The notes: generated from the letters alone by a model not told the origin. Numbered from the stretch's first letter, positions 8,410 to 16,698 are shown. The stretch is 32,000 nt of DNA from Candidatus Saccharimonadota bacterium (GCF_000709555.1 NZ_CP006873.1:180001-212000); one strand, 5' to 3'. Numbers and translations are program-made.

Positions 8410-10524
8410 TTATTTTCTACCTTTAGGTAAAAGAACTTTTCTAGAAATTCTAATTTTTCCATTACTATCATCAATTCCCATGAGTTTTACCTGTATTTGA
8501 TCTCCTATTTTTAGAACATCTTCGACTTTATCCAATCGCTCCCAATTAATCTCCGATATGTTAAGGAGATATTCTTTACCAGGAATTATCTCTACAAAAG
8601 CCCCGAATTTTTTAATTGATTTAACCTTAGCATCGTATATACCCTTTCTTTTTGGAACAAAAGAAATCGCTTTAATTCTTTGTACCGCTTTAGAAATTTT
8701 GTCTTGATGCTTTCCAACAATTTCTACAAATCCAATTTTTCCTTTTTCTTCTATAGAAATTACAGTATTAGTTTCGTCCTGAATTTCTTGAATAATTTTT
8801 CCCCCTGTACCAATAACTGATCCTATAAACTCTTTAGGAATTTCTAAAACAGATATCTTAGGAGCATGGGGTTTTATAGATTTTCTGGGGAGAGATAATG
8901 TTTTTAGCATTTCATTTAAAATATATATACGTCCTTCATAGGCTTGTTTTAGAGCTTTTTCAAGAATTTTGAAAGAAATCCCTTCTTCTATTTTAATATC
9001 CATTTGACAAGCAGTAATTCCTTTTGCCGTACCAGCTACTTTAAGATCCATATCCCCAATATGATCCTCTTCACCTAAAATATCGTAAAGTATTACTTCT
9101 TTACCATGCTCTATTATTAATCCAATAGAAATCCCTGAAACAGGTAGTTTAATAGGTATTCCGGCGTCCATAAGAGCAAGGGTTCCTGCACAAATAGTCG
9201 CCATAGAAGAGGATCCATTAGATTCAAAAATCTCAGATACCATACGAATAGTGTAAGGATTTCCTGAAGGAATAACATTTTTTAGGGCCCTTTGCGCCAA
9301 ATTTCCATGTCCTATTTCACGACGTGATATTCCTCGTATAGTTCGTACATCTCCAGTAGAAAAAGGAGGAAAATTATAATGGATGTAAAATTTTTCTTTT
9401 TCAAGGGCATTATCTATACGGTTGGCATCACCCGATGATCCAAGTGTTACGGTAGTTAACGATTGAGTCTCTCCGCGAGAGAATATCGCAGAACCATGCA
9501 CGCTAGGAAGATAGTCTACCCAGCATTGTATAGGTCTAATTTCTTTTGAAGAACGTCCATCTATGCGATGATTTTCAGATAGTACCAACGTCCGTATAAC
9601 TTTTCTCTTTATTTCTTCGTAATAATAATGTGCTAAACTTTCCTTTTCTTTCCACATTTTTTCTGTAAAGTGCAACTTTACTTCATTGAATATTTTCCTG
9701 TATTTTTCAATAAGTTGTTTCTTATCATAAGAATATTTTGAAGCTTTATATGTTTTATCATAAGTTATCTTATGAATTTTCTCATCAAGTTCTTTATCCT
9801 GTACTTCATAAAATCTTTTAGTCCTAAATTTTTCTAGTTTATAGGCTAGACGTATCTGTGCATTTACCTGATCTTTTATAACTTCCTGTGCAAAAGCAAT
9901 CGCGGATAATATTTCTTTTTCTGATATTTCTTTCATCTCCCCTTCTATCATAATAAGGGCTTCTTTAGAAGCTCCAACAATCAGATCGATCTCATATTTT
10001 AAAATTTCTTCTATATTGGGATGAATAATGAATTTTTTATTCCAACGGACAATGCTGACCTCGGAAATAGGTCCGTTAAAGGGTATATCCGAAACCGCTA
10101 ATGCTGAAGAAGCTGCTAATCCTGCTAATCCATCTGGGAAGACTGAGTTATCATAAGAAAGCAGTGAAATCATAATCTGGATTTCAGCATGTAATTTTTT
10201 GGGAAAAAAAGGTCTTAATACACGATCTACAATCCTAGTGATTAAAATTTCTCTATACGTCGTACGCCCTTCTCTCTTGAAAAAGACCCCAGGAATTTTA
10301 CCGGTCGCATAATATTTTTCTTTATAGTCTACAGTAAGAAGTAAAAAACCTGGATTTTTCTTTATAGTTTCTTTGGAAGCTACAACAGTAGCCAAAATCA
10401 TAGTATTTCCCATTTTTACAACAACGGAACCATCAGACTGTTTAGCTAGAAACACCGTTTCTATATGAATCCTCCTACCGTCTGTTATAGATATTTTTTC
10501 TGAAATAATACTTGATTTTTTCAT
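8410..10524 (-). CDS. pnp: polyribonucleotide nucleotidyltransferase (PNPase)
   Basis: The 704-aa ORF has two RNase PH domains, a KH domain (IGSVIGTGGKIIQEI) and a C-terminal S1 domain (GAFVEI..GKEYLLNISEI). Confidence 0.95.
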   Translation of the reverse strand: MKKSSIISEKISITDGRRIHIETVFLAKQSDGSVVVKMGNTMILATVVASKETIKKNPGFLLLTVDYKEKYYATGKIPGVFFKREGRTTYREILITRIVDRVLRPFFPKKLHAEIQIMISLLSYDNSVFPDGLAGLAASSALAVSDIPFNGPISEVSIVRWNKKFIIHPNIEEILKYEIDLIVGASKEALIMIEGEMKEISEKEILSAIAFAQEVIKDQVNAQIRLAYKLEKFRTKRFYEVQDKELDEKIHKITYDKTYKASKYSYDKKQLIEKYRKIFNEVKLHFTEKMWKEKESLAHYYYEEIKRKVIRTLVLSENHRIDGRSSKEIRPIQCWVDYLPSVHGSAIFSRGETQSLTTVTLGSSGDANRIDNALEKEKFYIHYNFPPFSTGDVRTIRGISRREIGHGNLAQRALKNVIPSGNPYTIRMVSEIFESNGSSSMATICAGTLALMDAGIPIKLPVSGISIGLIIEHGKEVILYDILGEEDHIGDMDLKVAGTAKGITACQMDIKIEEGISFKILEKALKQAYEGRIYILNEMLKTLSLPRKSIKPHAPKISVLEIPKEFIGSVIGTGGKIIQEIQDETNTVISIEEKGKIGFVEIVGKHQDKISKAVQRIKAISFVPKRKGIYDAKVKSIKKFGAFVEIIPGKEYLLNISEINWERLDKVEDVLKIGDQIQVKLMGIDDSNGKIRISRKVLLPKGRK

Positions 10525-10545
10525 CTAAAATTTTTTGTCTCAGTA

Positions 10546-10815
10546 TTATTTTCTGAGGTTCAATTCTTTTATTATTATACGATATCGATTAATATCAAAA
10601 TTTTTTATGTACTTAAGTAGTTTTCTGCGTTTTCCTACTAGATTAATGAGAGATTTTTGAGTATGAAAATCTTTTCTATGTTTTTTAAGATGTTCAGTCA
10701 TATGCTTTATTCTCTGAGTAAGAAGAGCAATTTGACCTTCTGAAGAACCCGTATTAGTAACTAATGTACCGAATTTTTCGAAAATTTCTTTTTTTTTTTC
10801 AGTGGTTAAATACAT
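10546..10815 (-). CDS. rpsO: 30S ribosomal protein S15
   Basis: The 89-aa ORF has GSSEGQIALLTQRIKHMTEHLKKHRKDFHTQKSLINLVGKRRKLLKY. It sits upstream of pnp, the conserved rpsO-pnp pair. Confidence 0.95.
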   Translation of the reverse strand: MYLTTEKKKEIFEKFGTLVTNTGSSEGQIALLTQRIKHMTEHLKKHRKDFHTQKSLINLVGKRRKLLKYIKNFDINRYRIIIKELNLRK

Positions 10816-10919
10816 AATTATATATAGACTAATAAATGAAAATTTTTGTAATGCGATGGAGCAGTTTTTTTCTTTTCCTTAAATTTATTTGATATAGATT
10901 ATGAAAAAAACATTTTATT

Positions 10920-11174
10920 ATGAAAAAAGGAATTCATCCCAAAAACTATAGATTGGTAGCTTTTAAAGATATGAGTAGTGAGGAAATATTCCTATGCCGT
11001 TCTACAGCTGAAACTAAAGATCAAATAGAAATAGATAATGTAAAATATCCACTAATAAAAATAGAAATATCTAGTAGTTCACATCCTTTTTATATTGGTA
11101 AAATGAGATTTGTAGATTCCGCTGGTAGAGTGGATAAATTTCTAACAAAATACAAGAATTACGGAAAAATCTAA
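10920..11174 (+). CDS. rpmE: 50S ribosomal protein L31 (type B, no zinc-binding cysteines)
   Basis: MKKGIHPKNY...SSSHPFYIGK...VDSAGRVDKF; 84 aa. Confidence 0.9.
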   Translation: MKKGIHPKNYRLVAFKDMSSEEIFLCRSTAETKDQIEIDNVKYPLIKIEISSSSHPFYIGKMRFVDSAGRVDKFLTKYKNYGKI

Positions 11175-12202
11175 ATATTATCCCAATCACAAATTGCTGT
11201 CGGAGTGATATTGATATTATCGAATATTCCTTTAATGTATTTGATTTTAGCAGTCATAGCAATCATAGCCGCGTTATCAGTAGTATATTCTAATGGTAGG
11301 AGATGCAATTTCCAATTTTTTTCATTTGAAGCTTGTAAAAATTTTCTCCGTAATCCCGAATTAGCTGAAACACCTCCTGATAAGGCAATTCTAAAAATCC
11401 CTGTTTTATAAATAGCCTGGGAGACTTTATCGAATAATATATTGACTAAAGTGGACTGTACTGATGCACAAATATCGTGTATATTATTTCTAATAAAATT
11501 TGAATCATATTGTAACTTTTTTCGAATGAAGTATAAAAATTGCGTTTTAAATCCACTAAAGCTAAAATCTAGATTTTTTATTTGTGGTTTTGAAAAAAGG
11601 AATTTTTGATATTTCCCTTTCTGTGCATAACGATCTATCCAGATCCCTCCAGGGTATCCGAGACCAAGAATTTTAGCTGCCTTATCAAAGGCTTCTCCCA
11701 CGGAATCATCAATGGTTTTCCCAAGTAAAGTCATTTTAAAATAATCGTCTACTTGTACTATTTGTGTATGTCCTCCGCTGACAGTAAGGCATAAAAATGG
11801 AAATTTAGGAGTGGAATTAAGTTCATTTCTTATAAAGTGAGCTAGAATGTGTGCTTGTATATGATGTACGCTGATAATTGGAATATCCCATGCTATAGCC
11901 AAAGACTTAGCAAATGAACTTCCTACTAGTAAGGATCCTATAAGACCTGGTCCACGGGTAAAAGCTATAGCATCAATTTTATTTATGTTCGATAACATAA
12001 TAGCTTGATGAATTAATGGTACAATCTCTTTTTGGTGAGATCTAGAAGCAAGTTCAGGAACTACTCCTCCATAATAGTTATGTACTTGTTGAATTCCAAT
12101 AATATTGGAAAGTACTACATCACCTTTCATAATAGACACCGCTGTGTCATCACAAGAAGATTCTATAGCAAGTATAACAGGATATTTTTTCAGGGATAAC
12201 AC
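11171..12202 (-). CDS. tsaD: tRNA N6-adenosine threonylcarbamoyltransferase TsaD (Gcp/Kae1 family)
   Basis: The 343-aa ORF has ILAIESSCDDTAVSI, GGVVPELASRSH, TRGPGLIGSLLVG, HH.QAHI, LTVSGGHTQ, and VSANSGLR with TDNAAMIA. Confidence 0.95.
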   Translation of the reverse strand: MLSLKKYPVILAIESSCDDTAVSIMKGDVVLSNIIGIQQVHNYYGGVVPELASRSHQKEIVPLIHQAIMLSNINKIDAIAFTRGPGLIGSLLVGSSFAKSLAIAWDIPIISVHHIQAHILAHFIRNELNSTPKFPFLCLTVSGGHTQIVQVDDYFKMTLLGKTIDDSVGEAFDKAAKILGLGYPGGIWIDRYAQKGKYQKFLFSKPQIKNLDFSFSGFKTQFLYFIRKKLQYDSNFIRNNIHDICASVQSTLVNILFDKVSQAIYKTGIFRIALSGGVSANSGLRRKFLQASNEKNWKLHLLPLEYTTDNAAMIAMTAKIKYIKGIFDNINITPTAICDWDNI

Positions 12203-12364
12203 TATGAAAGATTATTTAAAAGTAAAACATTTAATATGTATCAATTCTTGCTTCCTTTTTAGATATTTTTATTTTAACTTTCGTTACAGAGATCTGACGG
12301 TTATTTTAATCCCGATAACAACTATTCGCACTCTCCTTAGCAGGAGTCACAAAGAAATACGTAG

Positions 12365-12449
12365 GGAGGGTTGCCAGAGTGGTTAATGGAGCAATTTGCT
12401 AAATTGCCGGCGAGAAATCGTCGCGTGGGTTCAAATCCCACACTCTCCG
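12365..12449 (+). tRNA. tRNA-Ser (anticodon GCU), long variable arm
   Basis: Hand fold: acceptor GGAGGGT/ACTCTCC with one G-U pair, anticodon arm GCAAT-TTGCTAA-ATTGC, long variable arm, T arm GTGGG-TTCAAAT-CCCAC, discriminator G. No CCA is encoded; CGA follows. Confidence 0.85.
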
Positions 12450-12456
12450 CGAAAAA

Positions 12457-12530
12457 CGGAGTGTGGCGTAGTCTGGTATCGCGCCTGGTTTGGGACCAGG
12501 AGGTCGCAGGTTCAAATCCTGTCACTCCGA
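12457..12530 (+). tRNA. tRNA-Pro (anticodon UGG)
   Basis: Acceptor CGGAGTG/CACTCCG, anticodon arm CCTGG-TTTGGGA-CCAGG, T arm GCAGG-TTCAAAT-CCTGT, discriminator A; CGA follows. Confidence 0.9.
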
Positions 12531-12566
12531 CGAATATTTAATTATTAATCATTTTAAAGGTCACGT

Positions 12567-12640
12567 AGTCACGTAGCTCAGATGGATAGAGCAACTGCCT
12601 TCTAAGCAGTTGGTCGCAGGTTCGAGACCTGCCGTGATTA
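12567..12640 (+). tRNA. tRNA-Arg (anticodon UCU)
   Basis: Acceptor AGTCACG/CGTGATT, D arm GCTC-AGATGGATA-GAGC, anticodon arm ACTGC-CTTCTAA-GCAGT, T arm GCAGG-TTCGAGA-CCTGC, discriminator A; CTA follows. Confidence 0.9.
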
Positions 12641-12656
12641 CTACATATTTTATTCG

Positions 12657-12740
12657 TGTCCATGACTGGATTCGAACCAGCACATTCTTTCGAATACTAC
12701 CCCCTTAAAGTAGCGTGTCTACCCATTCCACCACATGGAC
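12657..12740 (-). tRNA. tRNA-Leu, long variable arm; the best 7-nt loop fold gives anticodon AAG (a UAA reading would need a 9-nt loop)
   Basis: Reverse complement: GTCCATG TG GTGGAATGGGTAGACAC G CTACT TTAAGGG GGTAG TATTCGAAAGAATGT GCTGG TTCGAAT CCAGT CATGGAC A. The acceptor stem is perfect, and the Leu-type D loop and variable arm are present. Confidence 0.8.
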
Positions 12741-12888
12741 TTAATAGGTTTTATAGCGATAAAGTCAGTATCAAGGTTGTAATGACACCCCAAATATCTG
12801 AAACGCTCCGAATAGCAAAAATACCAATTTGTCTTTGGTCCTATACTTGAAGCCCTCAATCCTTTTATTATCTTAGTAAAACAATACT

Positions 12889-13563
12889 GTGTATATGAAT
12901 ATTGCTTTGATAGGATACGGTAAGATGGGAAAAGCTGTAGAAAAAATAGCAAGAAATCGGAACCATAAAATTGTCTTAATCAGCACGTGTACTCCTGATC
13001 TTACAAACCTTAAAGAGGTAAATATAGCTATAGAATTTAGTATACCAGAAGCAGCTTTTAAAAATGTAAAAATTTGTTTAGAAAACAATATTCCTGTAGT
13101 GTGTGGCACGACTGGTTGGTTAGATAAACTTTCAGAAATAAAATCCTTGTGTCAAGAAAAAAACGGAACTTTTTTATATTCTTCTAATTTTAGTATAGGA
13201 GTTAATTTATTTTTTGAGATTAATCGTATATTTGCACATATAATAGCGCCTTATAAGGAATATGAAGTCTCTATAGAAGAAAAACATCATACAGAAAAAA
13301 AAGACACTCCTAGTGGAACTGCGATTACTTTGGCTAAAGCAATATTAAATGAAGGAAACCAATTAGTGATTACTTCTCAACGGATAGAGCATGTAATCGG
13401 GATACATACAATACGTTATCATTCCACTATAGACGATATTAGTTTACAGCATAGAGCTAATAATCGTGAAGGTTTTGCTCTTGGAGCTGTTGTAGCTGCT
13501 GAATGGGTATCAAAAAAAAAAGGGATTTTTTCTATGAAAGATGTTTTAGGAATAGGAGAATAA
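12889..13563 (+). CDS. dapB: 4-hydroxy-tetrahydrodipicolinate reductase (lysine biosynthesis)
   Basis: NIALIGYGKMGKAV is a Rossmann motif and IEEKHHTEKKDTPSGTAITLA is the E.HH..K.DAPSGTA DapB signature. The start may be the Met at 12895. Confidence 0.9.
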   Translation: MYMNIALIGYGKMGKAVEKIARNRNHKIVLISTCTPDLTNLKEVNIAIEFSIPEAAFKNVKICLENNIPVVCGTTGWLDKLSEIKSLCQEKNGTFLYSSNFSIGVNLFFEINRIFAHIIAPYKEYEVSIEEKHHTEKKDTPSGTAITLAKAILNEGNQLVITSQRIEHVIGIHTIRYHSTIDDISLQHRANNREGFALGAVVAAEWVSKKKGIFSMKDVLGIGE

Positions 13564-13585
13564 TATATAATAAATAACAATAACT

Positions 13586-14971
13586 ATGATCTGTATTCTC
13601 ATTTTGATTCTTTTGCAAGTAGGTCATTTTTTAGGAACTTGTAAACTTTATCAAAAAGCTGGACGAAATATCTGGGAAGCAGCTATCCCAATTTATAGCT
13701 TTTGGGTAATGTTAAAAATTACTCAGAGACCAAAATGGTGGATCATCTTATTTTTTGTGCCCATAATTGGTGGAATGATGTATCCAATTATGTTGGTAGA
13801 TTTCGTTTGTTGTTTCGATAAAAACAAAATTAAAACTATTTTTTTAGTTTTAATAACTTTTGGCTTTTATATATTTTATATAAATTATTTTTCTAAAAAA
13901 AAATTCATCATATTAGAAAAACGTACGGAAACAGTACTTTCATCATTTTTGTTTGCAATAGTATTTTCTTCTTTTGTGCATACTTATCTTATTCAGCCTT
14001 TTATCATCCCGACTTCGTCTATGGAACGAACTTTAATGATAGGGGACTGTATTTTTGTAAGTAAACTTCATTATGGTTTACGAATTCCTATTACCCCTAT
14101 CGGATTCCCCTTTATACATAATACAATTCCCGTAATGGGAATCCCATCATATATAAATAACCTACGACTTCCTTATATTAGGTTCCCAGCCATCACTCCT
14201 ATTAGAAAAGGAGACCTTGTAGTATTTAATTTTCCAAACGATGATACACACGCAACAGATAGAAAAGATCATTATATTAAACGTTGCGTGGCTATTTCTG
14301 GAGAGACATTGGAAATTCAAGCTCGTAAACTGAAAGTGAATGGTGAAAAAGAAATATTGCCAAAAAATTCTGAAAAAGAATATGCTTATATCGTGCAAAC
14401 CAAAGATCAGCCTTTCAATGAGAATTTTTTAAAAGATCAGTTTGAAATTACAGATATCCAACTTATAGAAAATAGGAATAATGAAAAATTCCTATATCAA
14501 ATAATGCTAACTGATACTTATTCCAAAATATGCCGAAAAATTGACAACGTTAACTCAGTCAAAAAATATTTATACCCAAGAAGACTAAAAGAATTAGATA
14601 TTTTTCCTCAAAATTCTGGATGGAATTCTGATTTTTATGGTCCTCTATATGTCCCTAAAAAAGGAGATGTGATACACCTTACAAAAAAAAATATCGAGAT
14701 ATATCGAGATATCATCACAAATTATGAAGGGCATAAATTAAAAGAGACTAAAAACAGATTTGTTATTGATGGAAAAATAGTAACTCACTACAATATAGAG
14801 AAGAATTATTATTTTATGATGGGAGATAATCGTAATAATTCATTTGATTCACGATATTGGGGTTTTGTCCCCGAAGACCATATAATAGGTAAACCTATTT
14901 TAACTTGGTTGAGTCTCTCACTAAATATTTTTAAATGGAAAATTAGATGGGACCGTATTAAGACTCTTTAG
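13586..14971 (+). CDS. lepB: signal peptidase I (LepB) with an N-terminal multi-TM extension
   Basis: Catalytic Ser box IPTSSMERTLMIGD, Lys box YIKRCVAISGE, and GDNRNNSFDSRYWGFVPEDHIIGKP. The long flavobacterial-type architecture and the dapB-lepB adjacency both fit. Confidence 0.9.
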   Translation: MICILILILLQVGHFLGTCKLYQKAGRNIWEAAIPIYSFWVMLKITQRPKWWIILFFVPIIGGMMYPIMLVDFVCCFDKNKIKTIFLVLITFGFYIFYINYFSKKKFIILEKRTETVLSSFLFAIVFSSFVHTYLIQPFIIPTSSMERTLMIGDCIFVSKLHYGLRIPITPIGFPFIHNTIPVMGIPSYINNLRLPYIRFPAITPIRKGDLVVFNFPNDDTHATDRKDHYIKRCVAISGETLEIQARKLKVNGEKEILPKNSEKEYAYIVQTKDQPFNENFLKDQFEITDIQLIENRNNEKFLYQIMLTDTYSKICRKIDNVNSVKKYLYPRRLKELDIFPQNSGWNSDFYGPLYVPKKGDVIHLTKKNIEIYRDIITNYEGHKLKETKNRFVIDGKIVTHYNIEKNYYFMMGDNRNNSFDSRYWGFVPEDHIIGKPILTWLSLSLNIFKWKIRWDRIKTL

Positions 14972-15324
14972 AAGTTTCTTTCTACTAGTAATTCTCGTTC
15001 TATATTTTCTATATAGTCTAATGTATCCTCAATACGAAAATTTAGTTCGGGAATTTTTCTAATTTGATTTCGAATACGTTGTCCTAAAAGGTGTTTATAA
15101 TATAGGTGTTTATCTATTATTTCTTGTAAAATTTTTCTGTTTTCCTTTTTTTGGGAAAAAATACTTAAATAGATCTTAGCTGAACTCAGATCGGAACTAA
15201 GATGTACTCTTATTACACTAATCAACAATCCATTATTTCCGGTTTCATAACGAAATATACTTGCTAACTCTTTTTGAATGAGTCCTGTAATTTTTTTATT
15301 TCGGATGCTTCCCATATATTTCAA
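14968..15324 (-). CDS. rbfA: ribosome-binding factor A
   Basis: The 118-aa ORF has KITGLIQKELASIF...ISVIRVHLSSDLSSAKIYLSIF...LLGQRIRNQIRKIPELNF, an RbfA pattern. Confidence 0.85.
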   Translation of the reverse strand: MKYMGSIRNKKITGLIQKELASIFRYETGNNGLLISVIRVHLSSDLSSAKIYLSIFSQKKENRKILQEIIDKHLYYKHLLGQRIRNQIRKIPELNFRIEDTLDYIENIERELLVERNF

Positions 15325-15382
15325 CTTTTTCGTCTGTCCCCTGTTTGCAAAACAATAAAATTTTTTGTAAAATTATGTAGTG

Positions 15383-15459
15383 GGTCCCATAGCTCAGTTG
15401 GTTAGAGCACCTGACTCATAATTAGGTGGTCGCTGGTTCGATCCCAGCTGGGACCACCA
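15383..15459 (+). tRNA. tRNA with CAU anticodon, most like tRNA-Ile2 (lysidine type) rather than elongator or initiator Met; 3' CCA is encoded
   Basis: Fold: GGTCCCA TA GCTC AGTTGGTTA GAGC A CCTGA CTCATAA TTAGG TGGTC GCTGG TTCGATC CCAGC TGGGACC A CCA. It lacks a C1-A72 mismatch and the GGG/CCC anticodon stem, so it is not an initiator. C4-G69, C5-G68 and the variable-loop/T-arm sequence resemble what I recall of E. coli ileX. Confidence 0.8.
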
Positions 15460-15502
15460 GACCGGACCACCAGACCGGACCACCAGACCGGACCACCAGA
15501 CC
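15451..15502 (+). repeat. perfect tandem repeat, 13 bp x 4 (GGACCACCAGACC); the first unit is the 3' acceptor strand, discriminator and CCA of the tRNA above
   Basis: Read directly: ggaccaccagacc at 15451-15463, 15464-15476, 15477-15489 and 15490-15502, followed by cc. Each unit has 9 G/C out of 13 bases, in a strongly AT-rich genome. Confidence 0.95.
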
Positions 15503-15758
15503 CCTATATAGTTATATTTCCATTGAACACGTAACCGGTTAGCCATCATATCCTTTCTGGATGATAAGCAGTTACGCAGGGAAACCATCTTAGCGTTGTC
15601 CAGCCTATGATTCACGTGCCTCTATCACCTGGACAACTTGATATTGTCTACTATTTTTTATCATGAATAATCCGTAATCTTTTCTTTAATAAGCACACTC
15701 CTGATTAATATCATCGAAATAATATCCTGGAACTGTATTCCAAGTCCTAAAATCTAAA
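15503..15758 (+). pseudogene. mraZ: possible degraded mraZ remnant upstream of rsmH (weak call)
   Basis: The position immediately 5' of rsmH matches the conserved mraZ-rsmH synteny. One frame ends ...STLLINIIEIISWNCIPSPKI with a stop (15756-15758) 3 nt before the rsmH ATG, reminiscent of the MraZ C-terminal G..N.IEIW motif. The rest has stops in all frames and the segment is too short (about 255 bp against 450 bp). Confidence 0.3.
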
Positions 15759-15761
15759 TAA

Positions 15762-16667
15762 ATGACACTAAACTATCATACACCAATACTTATCAATCAA
15801 ATTTTAGATTCCCTTATTATCGATCCAAAAGGGACTTATATAGATGCCACATTTGGTGGAGGAGGACATAGCAGAGCTTTGTTAAACCGACTTGAAAAAC
15901 AAGGAAAAATACTAGCTTTCGACCAAGATGAAGAAGCTATTCAAAATAACATTGTTCAAGATCATAGGCTCGAGCTTTTTCATCAAAATTTTCGACATCT
16001 TGAAAAGATTTTACGTTTCAAGGGGATTTCTAAAGTGTCTGGAATTTTAGCTGATTTAGGGGTGTCTTCTCATCAGTTAGATACCGCAGAACGAGGATTT
16101 TCTATCCGTTTTGATCATGATATAGATATGCGAATGAATAAAAAAGCTAAACAATCTGCTCAAACTATCATCAATACTTATTCCGAAGAAAAATTAGACC
16201 GTATTTTTTCAGAATTTGGAGAATTGAAAAACTCTAGAAAATTGGCTAAAGCAATTGTTGTTAAAACCCGGGAAAAGCCTATAGAAACTACTTTTGAATT
16301 GATCAAAAGTATTGAAAATGAATTTGATTATAAAAAAATAAAGTTTTTAGCACGAGTATTCCAAGCATTAAGAATGGAAGTCAACGGAGAAATAAAGGCG
16401 TTAAAACAATTGTTAATTAGTATCCGAAGTATACTTAAAAAAGGTGGGCACGTAGCTATTATATCTTATCATTCATTAGAAGATAGATTAGTGAAACAAT
16501 TCTTTAAGAACGGAAGGTTTGATAAAACCCCTGAAGAAGACTTTTATGGCAAAAAATTACTACCTTTTCTGGTATTATCAAATAAACCTATTTTTCCTGA
16601 TGACGAAGAAATTCGTAAAAATCCACGTGCGAAAAGTGCTCGTCTAAGAGTTGCAGAAAAAATCTAG
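15762..16667 (+). CDS. rsmH: 16S rRNA (cytosine1402-N4)-methyltransferase RsmH (MraW)
   Basis: HTPILINQILDSL.I.P.GTYIDATFGGGGHSRALL, DLGVSSHQLD..ERGFS, SYHSLEDRLVKQFF and NPRAKSARLRVAEK. Confidence 0.95.
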   Translation: MTLNYHTPILINQILDSLIIDPKGTYIDATFGGGGHSRALLNRLEKQGKILAFDQDEEAIQNNIVQDHRLELFHQNFRHLEKILRFKGISKVSGILADLGVSSHQLDTAERGFSIRFDHDIDMRMNKKAKQSAQTIINTYSEEKLDRIFSEFGELKNSRKLAKAIVVKTREKPIETTFELIKSIENEFDYKKIKFLARVFQALRMEVNGEIKALKQLLISIRSILKKGGHVAIISYHSLEDRLVKQFFKNGRFDKTPEEDFYGKKLLPFLVLSNKPIFPDDEEIRKNPRAKSARLRVAEKI

Positions 16668-16698
16668 TAAAAAAAAATACGGAACTTCATTACTTTTT

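Noticed and set aside
12337-12850. ORFs 12337..12525, 12656..12850 and 12719..12952 (also 12105..12386 and 12873..13109)
   Set aside because: They run across or antisense to the tRNA cluster, or antisense to tsaD and dapB. The MTGFEPA-type peptides are the usual artefact of translating tRNA T-arms.
14691-14712. 10-bp tandem repeat ATATCGAGAT x2 inside lepB
   Set aside because: The reading frame stays intact and the encoded ..KKNIEIYRDIITNYEG.. looks like ordinary LepB sequence. A true 10-bp duplication would break the frame, so this is most likely a chance codon-level repeat.
15451-15502. Possible miniature CRISPR-like array because of four identical direct repeats
   Set aside because: The 13-bp units are directly adjacent with no spacers, are far shorter than CRISPR repeats, and no cas genes are nearby. 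This is a simple tandem repeat derived from the tRNA 3' end.
15503-15640. SRP (4.5S) RNA candidate, because of the AAGCAG element and hairpins
   Set aside because: I tried both strands. The apical loops are UUUCU or GAAA, but the flanking internal-loop sequences do not match the conserved domain IV pattern (..CAGG..GGAA..AGCA..). I cannot support this call without a covariance-model search.
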